Position numbers and translations under genes: made by a program
Assembly: GCA_010405405.1 (NCBI GenBank)
Contig: MU004241.1
Location: 186,001 to 250,000 of the forward strand
DNA: 64,000 nucleotides
DNA from: Microthyrium microscopicum
Taxonomy: Eukaryota
Direction: 5' to 3'
The notes under the pieces: model-generated
What the model was told of the DNA's origin: nothing
Database searches by the model: none
The model's input: the letters and a program-made list of their open reading frames with translations, nothing else
Part shown: one piece after another, positions 47,754-61,031 of the stretch
Numbering within the stretch: position 1 is the stretch's first letter
How the letters are laid out: each line of letters opens with the position of its first letter

Positions 47754-48600
47754 ATGAAGTTCTCTCTCCTTGCTCTATCAGCTGCCAGCCTTGCTGTCGC
47801 TGCTCCAACGTAAGCTTCAGAATTTTGGAATGGATGTCAGTAGCTAACTGTTTGGAAGTATTCTTGCTGAGCGTCAAGTGCCAGCAACACCAGCCCCTGG
47901 AAGCCCGGAAAGCTTCCAACAAGCCAGCTCAATCATCGGCGGACTCGCTAAGGGCCTCGGAGGATCTCCCGGCGGTGCGGGTATTGGAAGTATTCTTCAA
48001 GGCCTTGCCGATGGCATTGGTGCAGCTGGAAAATCTGGCAAATCCGCCATTGTCGCCCGTCAAGTTCCGGCCACACCAGCCCCAGGAAGCCCAGAAAGCT
48101 TCAAACAAGCCAGCTCAATCATAGGTGGACTTGCAAAGGGCTTAGGAGGAGCGCCAGGCGGCGCTGGTATTGGAAGCATTCTTCAAGGCCTTGCCGATGG
48201 CATCGGTCAAGCTGGCAAATCCGCCATCGTTGCCCGTCAAGTTCCTGCCACACCCGCTCCAGGAAGCCCAGAGAGTTTCAAACAAGCATCTTCAATCATA
48301 GGCGGTCTAGCAAAAGGTGTATCGGGCTCTTCCATCATCCCTGGGGGCGCTGAGATTGGAAAATTGCTTCAAGGTATCGCTGATGGTTTGGCACAGGGAG
48401 CTACAACAGGCAAATCCAACATCGTGGCACGTCAAGCTCCAGCAGGCAGCCCAGAGAGCTTCGCGCAAGCAAGTTCAATCATTGGAGGGCTTGCAAAGGG
48501 AGTTTCTGGCTCTACCCTCATTCCAGGAGGCTCTCAAATTGGAAGCATGCTTCAAGGAATTGCTGATGGTCTGTCGCAAGCAGGCAAGGGCGCTCACTAA
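47754..48600 (+). CDS. Secreted four-repeat peptide precursor (Kex2-processed repeat protein-like), 265 aa
   Basis: ATG 47754 MKFSLLALSAASLAVAAPT, intron 47810-47858 in frame. Repeats start at Gln codons 47875, 48061, 48238 and 48433, each preceded by ER/AR. TATAAG at about 47637. Confidence 0.9.
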
Positions 48601-49523
48601 ACGGAGAAAGTAGTGAATACAATTCCACGCGCCTTTATGTACAATACGTGGTTGACCAACCAGGCTGCCTTAATTTTGTTAACAAGTCGAAAGGTTGAAG
48701 CAGAAGATAGCAGTATAGTTAATAGTTGAGATTGGATAGACAACAAATGTCTGTTCTTCGTTACTTCAGAACATCTTGCAGCAAGTAGTAAAAGATGATC
48801 AAACGGCTTTAGCTCGTGTCTCAAGATGTAGTCCGTTTGAGGCAGCAAATCTGTACTAAGTAGCTGGAGAACGTTTTACGCTCTTGGTTCCCATCACTCG
48901 CCTACTGGCCACCTGGTGATAATTACGGTTTTCTACCCAGCTGAGCTCTACGATCCGATGGATCGTCCATGAGACATGTGAAATGACCAGGGCGTGAAGG
49001 GCTATATATTGGGATTGGAGGATCTATCGCTACTGTTCATGCTGAGACAGTCAGCCATTTTGTAATTAAACTCGAAAAACTATATCGTGTCTGACACTGT
49101 ATGATAGATCTTGGGTCTGTTACCCGAAATGGTTACCACTAGGACGATGAAGAAAGTGATACAAAGACCAAGTCATAGAGTCACATTCTTGATTCTTAGT
49201 GTAAATTTGCATGGGATATACAATATAATCTATACCAAAAGCCCCGTCTCCAAATGGTTTCAGAGTGATCTCAACAACTAGTGACCAATAGGCGCCGTCT
49301 TGCTCAAGGCAAGCTCCTACAGGGCCGATAGAAGCCCACAACTTGATCCACAGAGCCCTGACCTGTCACAGATTGTCTTAGTACTTCATATTGCTCGCCA
49401 TAATAGTGTTTGTTAAGGGACTTGGCAACCTCAACCACCGCAAGCACGTTTCCATCTTTACTGAGCCGATGAGCCAACAGTTATACTGGCAAGAATTGTG
49501 TAGCAGCCGAATCCACGACCACA

Positions 49524-51537
49524 ATGTCTTCACCCAATCAGCCGGTCGCTGGTTTAGAAAGCAATGAAGTTACAGCAGCAGGGTCATTGACCGTTTCCGA
49601 CCCACCCCCCGGGCTCAAGAAATCACGAGCGAGTAAACCCAAATCAAAGAATGGTTGCTTGACATGCAAGTAAGCTCTTTGATGGAAAACCACCAATCAT
49701 TAAAGCAACTAACGTAGACAGAAAACGCAGAATAAAGTGTGATGAACGCATGCCAGAGTGTGTGAGGTTAGTATTCAGCAACCATAGTCGCCTTCCTTTT
49801 CATAACCTTTTCATAAAGTACTAAGCCTGGTTCAGATGTCTGGGCATGGGACTTCGCTGCGCCGGATATGGCATACCTTCAAGATCAGCAAAACCTCGCT
49901 ACAAGACTAACCAATCTCCGGGATCGCCATGTTCTCCTTTACCTCTAATGAGACTCTCTTCAAGTTTCCCAGTGAGGAACTCTCTGGAATCACGCGCTAT
50001 TGAACTACTACTCACAACGATCTCGCCTAGGCTGGGTTACTCTTATCGTTCTTTTTGGATCAAGGAAATGTTCCAGGTCGGATATCAAGAACCTGCAGTA
50101 CGAGATGCCATGATCTCACTTTCATTATCGTACGAGCATAACAGCATTCAGGAAGGTCTTATGGGCTCCGAGAAGGAACCAGACAAGCACTCAACTCTGC
50201 ACTACTACAACTCCGCAATTCGTTATCTTCACAAACAGCTTCAAGACCCATCGTCCATACGAGTTCCGCTCACCATATGTCTCATATTTGCTTGCATAGA
50301 CTGCATACGGCGCGACAGCGCGGCAGCTCTCAACCACATCAGAGGCGGCGTCCAGCTCTTAGAGCTCTGGCGCAACCGCAACCAAGACAGTGATGTCAAC
50401 GTCAACGGTTCTAGTTTCGAGGCGAGCGAGTTTGCCGCCATCGAGGAAGTAATGGTTCCCATGTTCACCTGGCTCAACATGGTGTCCACAACTTTCGGCG
50501 CGCCCTTGCTCGATCTCTCTACTAGCAAGCACACTGAAGACCCACTGCCCGTCTTCCTCAAAGCAACAGCTCACATGAGCAGCTTCGCCGGCGCCATACA
50601 AAGCATGCTCAACCACGTCGACGTCTCCTTCCGCTTCTTGCGAGCATACGGTTTGACAAAATACGAAGCCACCATAGATCCCTTCATCGCCACGCAACAG
50701 GCTAATCTGCTCGCCAACCTCGACTCCTGGCGCCACGACTTTGACGTCTTCGTCGCAACTGGCGCCGACAAGGCCAACTGTCTTCCCTCCACCGTCGATC
50801 TAATCCTCTCCTCCTGGCTAGCAATCCGCATCTGGCTCGAAAGCTGTCTCGAACCCACCGAATGCGTCTGGGACAAATACAGAACCGAATTCTCACAAAT
50901 TCTCGAACTCGCCGCCAACTCCGTCGACGACACGCAGCGCTTCCCAGACGCGTTGAGCAGAAGCTTCACGTTTGAGCTCGGTTGCATACCCGCCCTGCAA
51001 TTCGTCGCATGGAAATGCCGCTACCCACACATCCGGCGGCGCGCCCTACGTTTGCTACGCCAGTGTCCGCGCCGTGAATGCATCTTCGACAGCCGCTACG
51101 GGACCATGCTATACGAGCGCGTCATGAGCATTGAAGAAGCCTCCTTTGGCCTACGACGCGGCGAATTACCGCTTCCCGATCTCCTGCCACCCGAATCGGC
51201 GCGAGTGCACAATATTGATTTACCACCACTACCAGCAACCCGGCACGGAAAGCCAGTGAACTTTTTGACGAAGCCGCGCGGTCCACTAGGCCCGTGGGAC
51301 GTCAAGGCAGAGTACATGAATCTGAGTGGCTTTGAGCTTTTACAGTGGTATGCTGTGGTGGGACGGGATCGGGAGAAGACGCCAGAGGTGATGCGGATGG
51401 AGGAAGTGACGAGTATACCGACGCCGATCAATATTGATTGGAATACGAGGATTGATACTTCTGGGCCGCCGGTGGGATGGCATGCGATTAACCATGAGGC
51501 TGAGCTGGCGGTGGAGATACCAGTATCTGCTACTTGA
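49524..51537 (+). CDS. Zn(II)2Cys6 transcription factor
   Basis: ATG 49524; KSKNGCLTCK | intron 49670-49721 | KRRIKCDERMPECVR | intron 49767-49835 | CLGMGLRCAGY; C-terminal SFTFELGCIPALQFVAWKCRYPHIRRRALRLL. Confidence 0.92.
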
Positions 51538-52387
51538 GGATAGAGAGACATCAGAGCTTAGTCGTTGAAGTACGTGAGCCATTGAAATGGATGTTGGCAT
51601 CGATTTCATTGCCAGCCATTACTCCTTTTAGTCGACTACCGTAGTACGTTGCCATCACAGTCGATCCTACGATCAACACCCGTGCATAGTATGGAAAATA
51701 TACCTAGCCTTCCATAGCTTGTGGAGCATTCTGCCAGCTACAAATCATGGGATACTCTGTCAAAAAGACTCACCTAGTCTGACGCCTTAAAGATCAGCCG
51801 CATTTAATTAGGGATGAGCAAGAGTAAGTAGCTTACATGCCAAGAGAGCAAAAGTCGATGTATTGGAGGGAGTCTTCAATCACAGACAACATAGATCTTA
51901 TTTATCTTTGCACCATTGGTACGGACAGCGTTTTCTGTTGTAAAGGGGAACTATCAAACCTATATAGGTTAACATAGACGTATCTGCCTTGAGAAAAGCA
52001 TAACCATGGGCAGAAATCGGCGACATCTCAAGATACATAGTCTTCATAGTCAATGTGACGAAAAGGGCTATTATTTTCGGCAAACGTTGGCGTGCAAGAC
52101 TGCCGGATCAAGTTTACGGAATCTTGAAACGCAAAAGATCAGACAATGAATGCTTTGGCCGCATTCACATTGGCAGCCACTTTAGATAGATTAGTAGCCT
52201 AGGAGCTGATGAGGCTGTGAGAAGTGAGCTACGAATAATGAGACTCACAGGCTTGTTTTTGGTTGCAGATTAGCTTTAATGTGAAGACGACTCGAATCGC
52301 GTCAACAAACTTGAATCACAGCAAGAAATCCACCCCTGAAACGTATTCAACTACATTCATCTACCAATCCAACTACCTCTTCCTAAC

Positions 52388-55300
52388 CTATGGTGTTCCG
52401 ACAGGTGCTCGCAACGCTCTCACCCGCTCTAGCACCGACCGTCTCCGCGCTCGCACATCTACTACCCAAGCCGTCCGTCCATCTTCCTCCTCGTCAATAC
52501 GGTCTACAACACCATAACTCTTGCCACGCACTGGACTACCTTTCAGACTGCTCACGCTAGCATCCATAAATCCAAGTTTACGCAGCTGAACTTCGAGTAC
52601 ATCGACATCACCACTGCGCTTCTCTACCATTCCCGTCATCTTGCGTATCGTACGCTCAACCGCCTCCACGCTCGGTGCATTTTGTGCATCTGCACGTACA
52701 AGTTTTGCATGCGCCATTGCGAGTGCGGCCTCCGCTTCTGCCACACCCTTGCGGAATTGAGCAAGCTGATTGTTCAAGTTACGCTGAAGTGTAGCAGCAG
52801 CTGGATCCAGAGGTGCTGCACGTCGACGTTCACGCGCAGATGGATCAGTGTGCGCGGCGAGAAAAGTTCGCATTTTGCGGGCGTCATCGCGCGCACTGCG
52901 TAGACTCCGGTTAACAGCAGCGAGGGGTGGTAGGAGAGAGAGGATGTTGTCAACAGATTCTTGGACGAGATCTTGATCCAGAGTCTGTTCAACGTGTTCC
53001 AGATGAGTGACTTCGTCGAGGGTCCAGACGCGGGAGTGGTCGGAGAGATCAGTGCCGTCAGGGAGGGCGTCTGAGGCCAATTCGGTGTGACCCGCAACAA
53101 ATGAGGAAAGGGAACGGGAGTTGCGGCCAAGTGTGTCGATCATGCTGTTGATGTCGCGATAGACTCGCTCTGCATTGCCAGCAGGGCCATCCATAGAGAC
53201 TAAACCAGCGTAATCTTGATGTGCGATGAACGGCTCCAAGGCGAGAGTGGGTTCGATTGGCTGAGCGAGAAGAGCGCGGATTTCTTCATCAGCGTCATCA
53301 TGGAGATCAGAGACAGCATCATTTCGAGGAGCTTGTTCGGGAAGAGGTTGTTCTGATGATCGAACAATATGGGCGGGTTGAGGAACAGCATTTTGTTGAG
53401 CTTGGCTCATGGAAGGTGGAGGGCCTGAGATTGGAGGACGAACTGGAGATGGTGATCGGGGTGAGTCCTGTTCCTGAGGAGGTGGGAATGAATATGGTGG
53501 TATTCCAGAAGGAGTTGTGGATGCGCCTAGATTAGGGAAAGTTCGAGGAGGGCCAGACATTGGTGGTGTTGGCACTGGGGGCGGTATGCCAGAACTCTCT
53601 CCCAATGGAGACGACGAGTATGGTTGTTGGCCACGTAGCCCTTGAACGGACTTTGGCATTGGCGGAGTATTCGAAAATGGTGTGCTGACTGGTTGGAAGG
53701 GAGAAGATCCAGTATCTCCACTGCCTGGCGGTGATTGATTCATCCCCATTCGAGGCGGTGTTACGACAACCTCACTCGTGTGATTACTGTCCTCTGGTTC
53801 CGGTGATTCATCTTCGAACTCGTCCTCTTCATCCTCTTCTTCGTCTTCCTCCTGGCTGCCATCTTCATCGTCTCCTTCTCCATCGTCCTCGGCGTCATCA
53901 TTCTCTATTGATCGCATGACACGCGGCTCTTTAGTGGATGATTCTTCGGAAGATGGACCAGTAGCTGGAGACGATGCGGGTTTCGAAGTGACCTGTGGAG
54001 GCTCCGGTCGTATGGACTGCTTTGCTTCGGGTGACGCTGGAGTTTGCGTAATTCCTGGTTGTGGTGATCGACTAGTCGATGCTTCTGGGATATCAAACAA
54101 ACCTCTCTTGGGCTTGTCCGGGTCCTCTTTGACAACAGGACTGAATAGTGATCGCTGTGGCGCATCGGCCTTTGGCTCTTGATTTGAAGAGCCAAGACCC
54201 AAAGATCCGAATCCCATGTTACTGAACGAGCTCTTTCCATCCGCCTCATCTTCAGTACCTTTTTCTTTTGCTGTCTCGCCAGGTATGAATAACGAAGGAG
54301 CTTTGAACGGGCTCTGTTCCCCGAATAGCTTTGGTCGAGTTTCGGGCTGAGGTGTTGCATCATCATCCATCTCTTCTTCTTTTGATTTGCTTTCGCTCGG
54401 CGCGGGAAAGGATGACTGTTGACCAAAAGGTGTTGCCGCCGCCGACGGAGCCCCGAAGCTTGAATTGCCGAGCAGCGATTGGTTAGCAAGCGTCGAGCCA
54501 CCTGTACCAGAGTCAATCGACACTGTGGAGCCAAAACTAGGTTGTGAACTCATACCACCAAAGTTAGATGTTTGTGTAGATGTCAGAGGTGCACCACTGG
54601 CAAACGCCGGCTTGGCAGCATTGCCACCAGCAGCTGCAAAAGGAGATGCCATTGGGGATTTCGTTGTTCCCATTGACCCAAACGGCGAGGATGCTGCCGT
54701 AGGAGACCCAAACTTTGCAAAGCCAGACCGTTGTGATGCATTGCCTCCAAATGGAACTGCAGGTTGAGCCATGGTAGTAGGAGAAGCAAAAGAACTAGGA
54801 GCGGATGGCTTTCCAAAAGCTGCAGCCCCAAAAGCAGGCTGTCCAAAAGCAGAGGCTCCAAAGGCAGGTTGTGCAGGTTTTCCCATCTGGGATGGCTGAC
54901 CAAATGCTGCTGAAGCTGCTGCCGGTTTTCCAAGCTGCGATGGCTGGCCAAACGCTGCGGGAATTGTAGGTTTTCCAAACGACGAGGCTCCAAAAGCAGG
55001 CTGTGCAGGCTTTCCCATCTGTGATGGCTGACCGAATGCTGCGGGGGCTGCTGCCGGTTTTCCAAGCTGAGAGGGAGATCCAAATCCTGTAGCTCCAAAT
55101 GGCGATTGTGCTGGTTGGCTCGCAATTGGCGATATAGCTTGCGCTGGCGCGTTCGATGTTGCTGCGCCTTCAGGAAAAGCCAGGCCTGGACATGGAATGG
55201 AGTTTTGAACAGCTGCGTCGTTGACAAACCACCATGATCGGAGGAAACCTTCGTAATTAAGAACGGTTAAAGCAGGCAAGGTTTTAGACGATTCATCTAG

Positions 55301-56567
55301 AGTATCGTCTCCAGGAACAGGATTCCGGACTTTCTCTTTGCTAGAATAATCCAGTGACATGCCGATGGGGTAAGTATCGGAGTCCCCTGACTGAGCGTAG
55401 GGTAAGGTAGCGCGCCGAACTTCTTCTTCCATTTCAGTAAAGACGTAGGTATTCGTTATTTCACTGGCTTCTCGATGAGTGCTGAGTGGGCTTGTTGACT
55501 TGGTAAACAGGCCAATGTTTGATGCCGCAGTGGTCGTAACGAAAACAGCATCTTTCAATGGCTCCCATTCACGTATGCGGGCAGTCAAAAATGCTGCAGG
55601 AAATCGCTGATGCACGCCAAACGCGGGTTCTATCACAGAAAATTGAAAGTCAAATTGACTTCGATCCTTGTTTGTTCGCACGTAATGATAACACGACACA
55701 GGGGGGTTGTCCAAGTCTGGGTTTGCTGGGCAGTGCATTGTTAGGAATTCATCATTCGCAAGCCATACTATAGATGCCACTGGCAAGAATTAGCACATTT
55801 CAGAAACGACATGGGATCAATCGATACTTACTGTAATTTCCCGATAACATGCTTGGAGGTTTTGGTATTGTAGCTTTGATGTTGCCATTCATATCAATCT
55901 GGACCGCAGTGCCATCTTCAAGTCCAGCGAGGAGTTGTTTACCTCGGACGCTCCACGCAACGGATGTAACCCCGTCTTTGATAGATGATCCGAACTTTTG
56001 TTCTTGAAAATTTGCCAACATCAGATGACCATTGGCCATCAATACTGCAACAATATGTGCAAATTCGGGTGCTGGATTTGGAGCCAAGTTCTTGACCGCT
56101 ACACCATCGGTGGGAAGCTCAAAAGCAGGCTCGGTTTGTTTATTTATTAGCGCTTCAACACTATGCGCAGCCAATCCACCTCCAGATTCTGCTGCCAGTA
56201 TCAAACAGGATTCATCTGACGTGAATGCAACATGAGAGAGACGCGGAACTGGCATGACAAGGTCTGGGTCCAGATCGCTGATTTCTTGCTTTGTTTCGGC
56301 TGCATCTTTGAAAGCTTTCCGTATACGATCTGTTGATGTAAGAAGAAGACTGCTTGGACCCGCAGCTGCAAGCAAGCTTTTCCGTGAGGCTATGCTCAAT
56401 AGAGAAGATGTGGTCAATGGTGGTTGATCCTGGGGCCATGCTACTGGGAGCTTGACTTTAACGTCTCCAGCAAGAGCTGTAAAACCCAGACTGGTAACAT
56501 CGATTTCAGGAATTGTAGGACGTTCGGGGCCGCCTTCAGGAAAAAATGGATCCGATCCGAATGACAT
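52388..56567 (-). CDS. NUP159: Nucleoporin Nup159/Nup214
   Basis: N-terminal beta-propeller-like region, intron 55780-55831, AFG/SFG/PFG repeats including a duplicated AFGQPSQMGKPAQPAFGAS, acidic linker, C-terminal coiled coil (YRDINSMIDTLG, PSVEAVERTIRKMTGMVEKRSGDVDVLE). Confidence 0.92.
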
Positions 56568-57225
56568 TTTCGCGAGAATGTGCCTTGTATTACGCCCAAA
56601 GGGCAGGATTATGTCGTGTCGTTGACTAGGCTTTCAAAAGTCTAGTGGTTCATTGAGGATTGCGCCGGAGTTTTTGGAAGCGCAACGGATTGTGGAACGG
56701 CAAGACGCTGGGGGGAAAACAAAGCCGCGCTGTAAAGATATCAGGCCCGGGAAGGACAGCAATTCGCAGGTTGGTTTGCCCAGTCGAGCGCTAAGGCAGG
56801 AATTTGTAGAACGCCGCAAAATAAGGTAGAGAAGACAGTCCTAGATTGTGTTAATACAACAACGACTTCTCAGGGAGCATTCGAAACACTGACAAAGTCT
56901 GAGGATTATAGGCGGATTCTGTGGACAAAGATGCAAGGTGAGAATGAGAGATGGGAGTTGGCAATGAAATGTCGCGATGCATGAATTAGGCGCGTCGTTG
57001 GAGGTCTTCTCTCAAGTCTTGGCAGGCACACTGATTGGCCAGGCACAAGGGAGCTTGGGGCGCCAGGGCTAGGGTTCCTTGAGCAAGGCGACAGCCAGCT
57101 TCATCATCCAACTCATTGTGTGAGCTCCCCAACAACCACTCCACCAAACCTGTAACTCATCAACTCTTCCGTCCTTCTCCCATATCTCCCGACTCATTCT
57201 AAACTATACCCGCCAGCTCATCATC

Positions 57226-58087
57226 ATGGGAGGATTCGACTTTAGCAACCACAACAGAAATGTTGCTCTTCACGCCAAGGGCATGCCACTTCCCAAAGCC
57301 ACAAGCACCGGTACAACTATTGTCGGATGTCTGTTTGATGGAGGAGTAGTAATTGCTGCTGATACAAGAGCTACAAGTGGTCCTATTGTTGCCGACAAGG
57401 TATTGCATGCCAGCATGTGACCAATGAGCTGAGGACTAACCATAATAGAACTGCGAGAAGCTTCATTACATCGCTCCCAACATCTGGTGCGCTGGTGCAG
57501 GTACAGCTGCCGATACAGAGTTTACCACCGCTCTAATGGCATCCAATCTCGAACTTCACTCCCTCTCCACCGGCCGCAAACCACGTGTCGTTACATGCAT
57601 GACTATGCTCAAACAACATCTCTTCAGATACCAAGGACACATTGGCGCATACCTAGTTGTCGCCGGATGCGACCCAACAGGCTCTCATCTCTTCACAGTT
57701 CACGCTCACGGCTCGACCGACAAACTCCCATACGTTACCATGGGCTCTGGATCATTAGCGGCCATGTCGGTGTTTGAAACATCATGGCAAGGCAACATGA
57801 CCAGAGACGAGGCTGTCAAATTGTGCTCAGAAGCTATTATGGCTGGTATCTTCAACGATTTGGGATCCGGAAGCAACGTTGACGTGTGTGTCATCACCCC
57901 GGAAAAGGCGACTCTTCTCCGCAATTACATAACACCTAATGTGCGAGAAAAGAAGTTACGCAACTACAAATTCCCCAAAGGCACGACGGCGGTATTGAAC
58001 GAGAAGGTGATTACCAAGGAAGACATCAGCAAATATGTGACTGTACACGAGCTCCAGGATGATGAGGCTATGGATGTGGATTCGTAG
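57226..58087 (+). CDS. PUP1: 20S proteasome subunit beta type-2
   Basis: Propeptide ...PKATSTG followed by catalytic TTIVG, AADTRAT, intron 57400-57448, [21 protein letters not shown]. Confidence 0.97.
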
Positions 58088-58845
58088 GTCGTGGTTCACA
58101 CGTAGAATACCAGGCCAGGGAAAGGGTCCCACAATGCAGGTATCAAATAGACCCCGAAACGGGTTCATTTGCAACTACATGATAACGAAAAGGAATCGCA
58201 ACAGCCAAAGTCAACTTGCTTTGGACAGGATTCTTTGTAGTACATACTCTCAAAGCAAGTAGGACTAGTCGATTCAGCAATCACATGCCAAGTCAATGCA
58301 AGACCCTGGATCAAATTGTTTGCTTTGTTATGTTTTTGTAGAACACAAATAATTGTGGCACCGCCTGTCAACCAACAGTTTTGGAGCCCAAGGACTCGGT
58401 GGTATGATCAATCCATGAATACATGCTAAACATCAATTCAATCATATTGATAGCCCAATATTCAGATATCTTGATGGAAAGTGTCAGTGAGTAGGGAGTA
58501 TGTTGGAATTGGCAGGTGTCAGGCTGAACAACGTCAAGCGCAACCAACCCCACCTTACACCAATCCTGATGTTCAACCAACCACCCATACTTCTATCTCA
58601 ACTTTAGACACTTTCCTCTTTTCTTGCTTCATTGTCTATTCTATAACTCCTCAACTGATCAAGCTTGATTGTTTATTCTGTACGCTTCGCAATCTTCGCC
58701 TATGTCTCTGTGACCTCACCGAACCTACAAAGTAATCAGTCCACAATCAGCTCATACCCCTGTTGATCACAATCACCTCCGTTGACCTTTTGTACCGCCA
58801 ATTCTTCTATCTACACCTGGGCTGCCGCATATATTAGTCGAAACC

Positions 58846-60561
58846 ATGAGCTCCGATCATCCTCCGCCAGGAATTTCCCCTTTGCAGCCAACAACATCAG
58901 CTAGTAGCTCAAACTCAGGCACAGACAAGCCCAATCCTCCAGCTAGTCCTCGACTCAACACCACCCGTAATCCCTCCATGTCTCTCGCCGAATCATTGCG
59001 AAATGCACCACTCTCGCCTCGCGCACATCGTTCTAGCTCCATTCTGAATCCAGTAGCTATCCAAGACATTCTAGATAACCCGCCTGGAGCCGAACATGCC
59101 AATCCAGTCTTCGAGGGGCGCGATTGGCGCACTGTTCGTGTGGAGGAGATCATATCTGAAGACACTGGCAAACCTCGCTGGGTGAATCTAGACGAGAGTG
59201 TAGAAAGAGCGACCGAGGTAGACACAGTACAGCCTTATAGACTACTCAGCTAACTTGTACCAGGTCCTTGTATCTTCCGGTTCCCCTAACGTGGTTCTAC
59301 TCCGAGACGATTCCGAGGCTACATCTGTCGTTGGAACCTTTGATTATAGCGACCTAAATGCTTACCTGCTTCTTGTTGTTGGACTGGCTCATCCCGAAGA
59401 GCATCAAGTTGCGCGATTCAAGGAGCTTGCGGCCAAAGGAAGAGAAGGAAAGCCAATTCCTATGCGCGATGTGAAGGACTTGGGACCCAAGGAGCCAATC
59501 GTACCACTGATTGGGGCCGCTCCTTTGACAAGAGCTGTTGAGATATTTGGAAGCGGAATCCATCGAATTCTCATTACCACGGAAGATACTCATGAGGTTG
59601 TTGGAGTTTTGACACAACTGAAACTAGTGGAGTTTTTCTGGCGAAACGGACGGCACTTTTCACAAATAGAACCTCTTTTCCAAAAGACGATGCGAGATCT
59701 GGATATTGGGTCACATTCTGTGATTTCTATCAAGTATGACATGCCATTACATGTTCTAACCCCTACTAATGCCAAACAGCGGCGATAAGCCATTGACGGA
59801 GGCGTTGGAAATAATATACTCGCAGGGCATCACATCACTTCCAATCCTTGATAGCCACCGAAATGTAGTTGGCAACATCTCTCATGTCGACGTTCGAGTA
59901 AGCTATCAATCATTTAGCCCAAACTATGACTTACTGACCCTGTCCAGCTTCTCACAAAAAGCTCGGCTTCCACTCTCCTCCGCGGCACCTGTCTCCAATT
60001 CATCAGCGTCATACTCAACGAACGCGGTATTGAAGATGGGAAAGATGCATATCCCGTCTTTCACGTCAATCCATTTTCTACCCTCGCCCACACAGTTGCC
60101 AAACTCGTCGCCACCCGTTCCCACCGGCAAGTCTCCTCTCCTCTCAATCATCATCCTATTAACACTTTTATAGCATGTGGGTAGTCGATTCTCCCTCTCC
60201 TGCTTCCTCAGGCCCACCCACGCCTGCAATCGTCCCCGCCACACCAGTCACTCAACCCTCGGCCACACCATTCCTGCCAGCCGCAGCACCATTGACACCA
60301 GGTCCGAGTGCAAGCAGCATTGCATCAACAAACATGTCCGGCCGACTGACGGGTGTCGTAAGTCTTACAGACATATTGAATCTGTTTGCACGTGCATCAG
60401 GTCTCCATCCGCTAGATCCTGCGCGGGTGCGCAAGGCGAGGAGGCGAAGTAGTAGTACGAGTGTAAGGAGAAGTATGGAGAGCAGCCGAAGCGAGAGTGT
60501 TAATAGTGGAGCGGGTCAGGGAGACTTGAGTCGAAGAGGTAGTGTTAGTGGGAGACGGTAG
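58846..60561 (+). CDS. SDS23: CBS-domain protein Sds23/Sds24
   Basis: [68 protein letters not shown]; introns 59218-59263, 59734-59779, 59898-59947 and 60127-60173 (GC-AG). Confidence 0.92.
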
Positions 60562-61031
60562 CGCTATGAAGTTCCAGCACTGGGCTAATGGGGCAAGGAG
60601 CGGATCATATGGAAGTATGGAGGTATTAGATTGGGCGGTTTTGAATGTTGTATTGACACCATGGTGTGTGGTTTGCTTGTGCATATCAGCAGTTTAATGC
60701 AAAATACTTATATTCAGGGGCGATGTATCGCTTGTGAGAGGGTTTGGATGACCACTGGGTTGCTTATTTTTCTTAGGCGCTGCTAATCTCTCCAGTGACA
60801 CCTTGAGTTGATTGGAATATTCCATGGGAGTCATATTCTTTGTCCACTTCGAGGATGAGATGAACTCAATGACAACGTCAACAAAGGATCTTCTAACAAA
60901 TGGGGTTACCACCAAGTTCCATTGTCTACAAGACCAACAAAGCCTACGAACCATAGCTGCGATAGCAAAGTACAAGTCCTACAAACTTCCAGTTCATCAC
61001 CATCACACTATCACCATACCCAACCTCGTAG

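Noticed and set aside
41062..51537. Classical secondary-metabolite cluster (CoA ligase plus Zn2Cys6)
   Set aside because: No PKS, NRPS, terpene synthase, UstYa/DUF3328 oxidase or transporter is present in the window.
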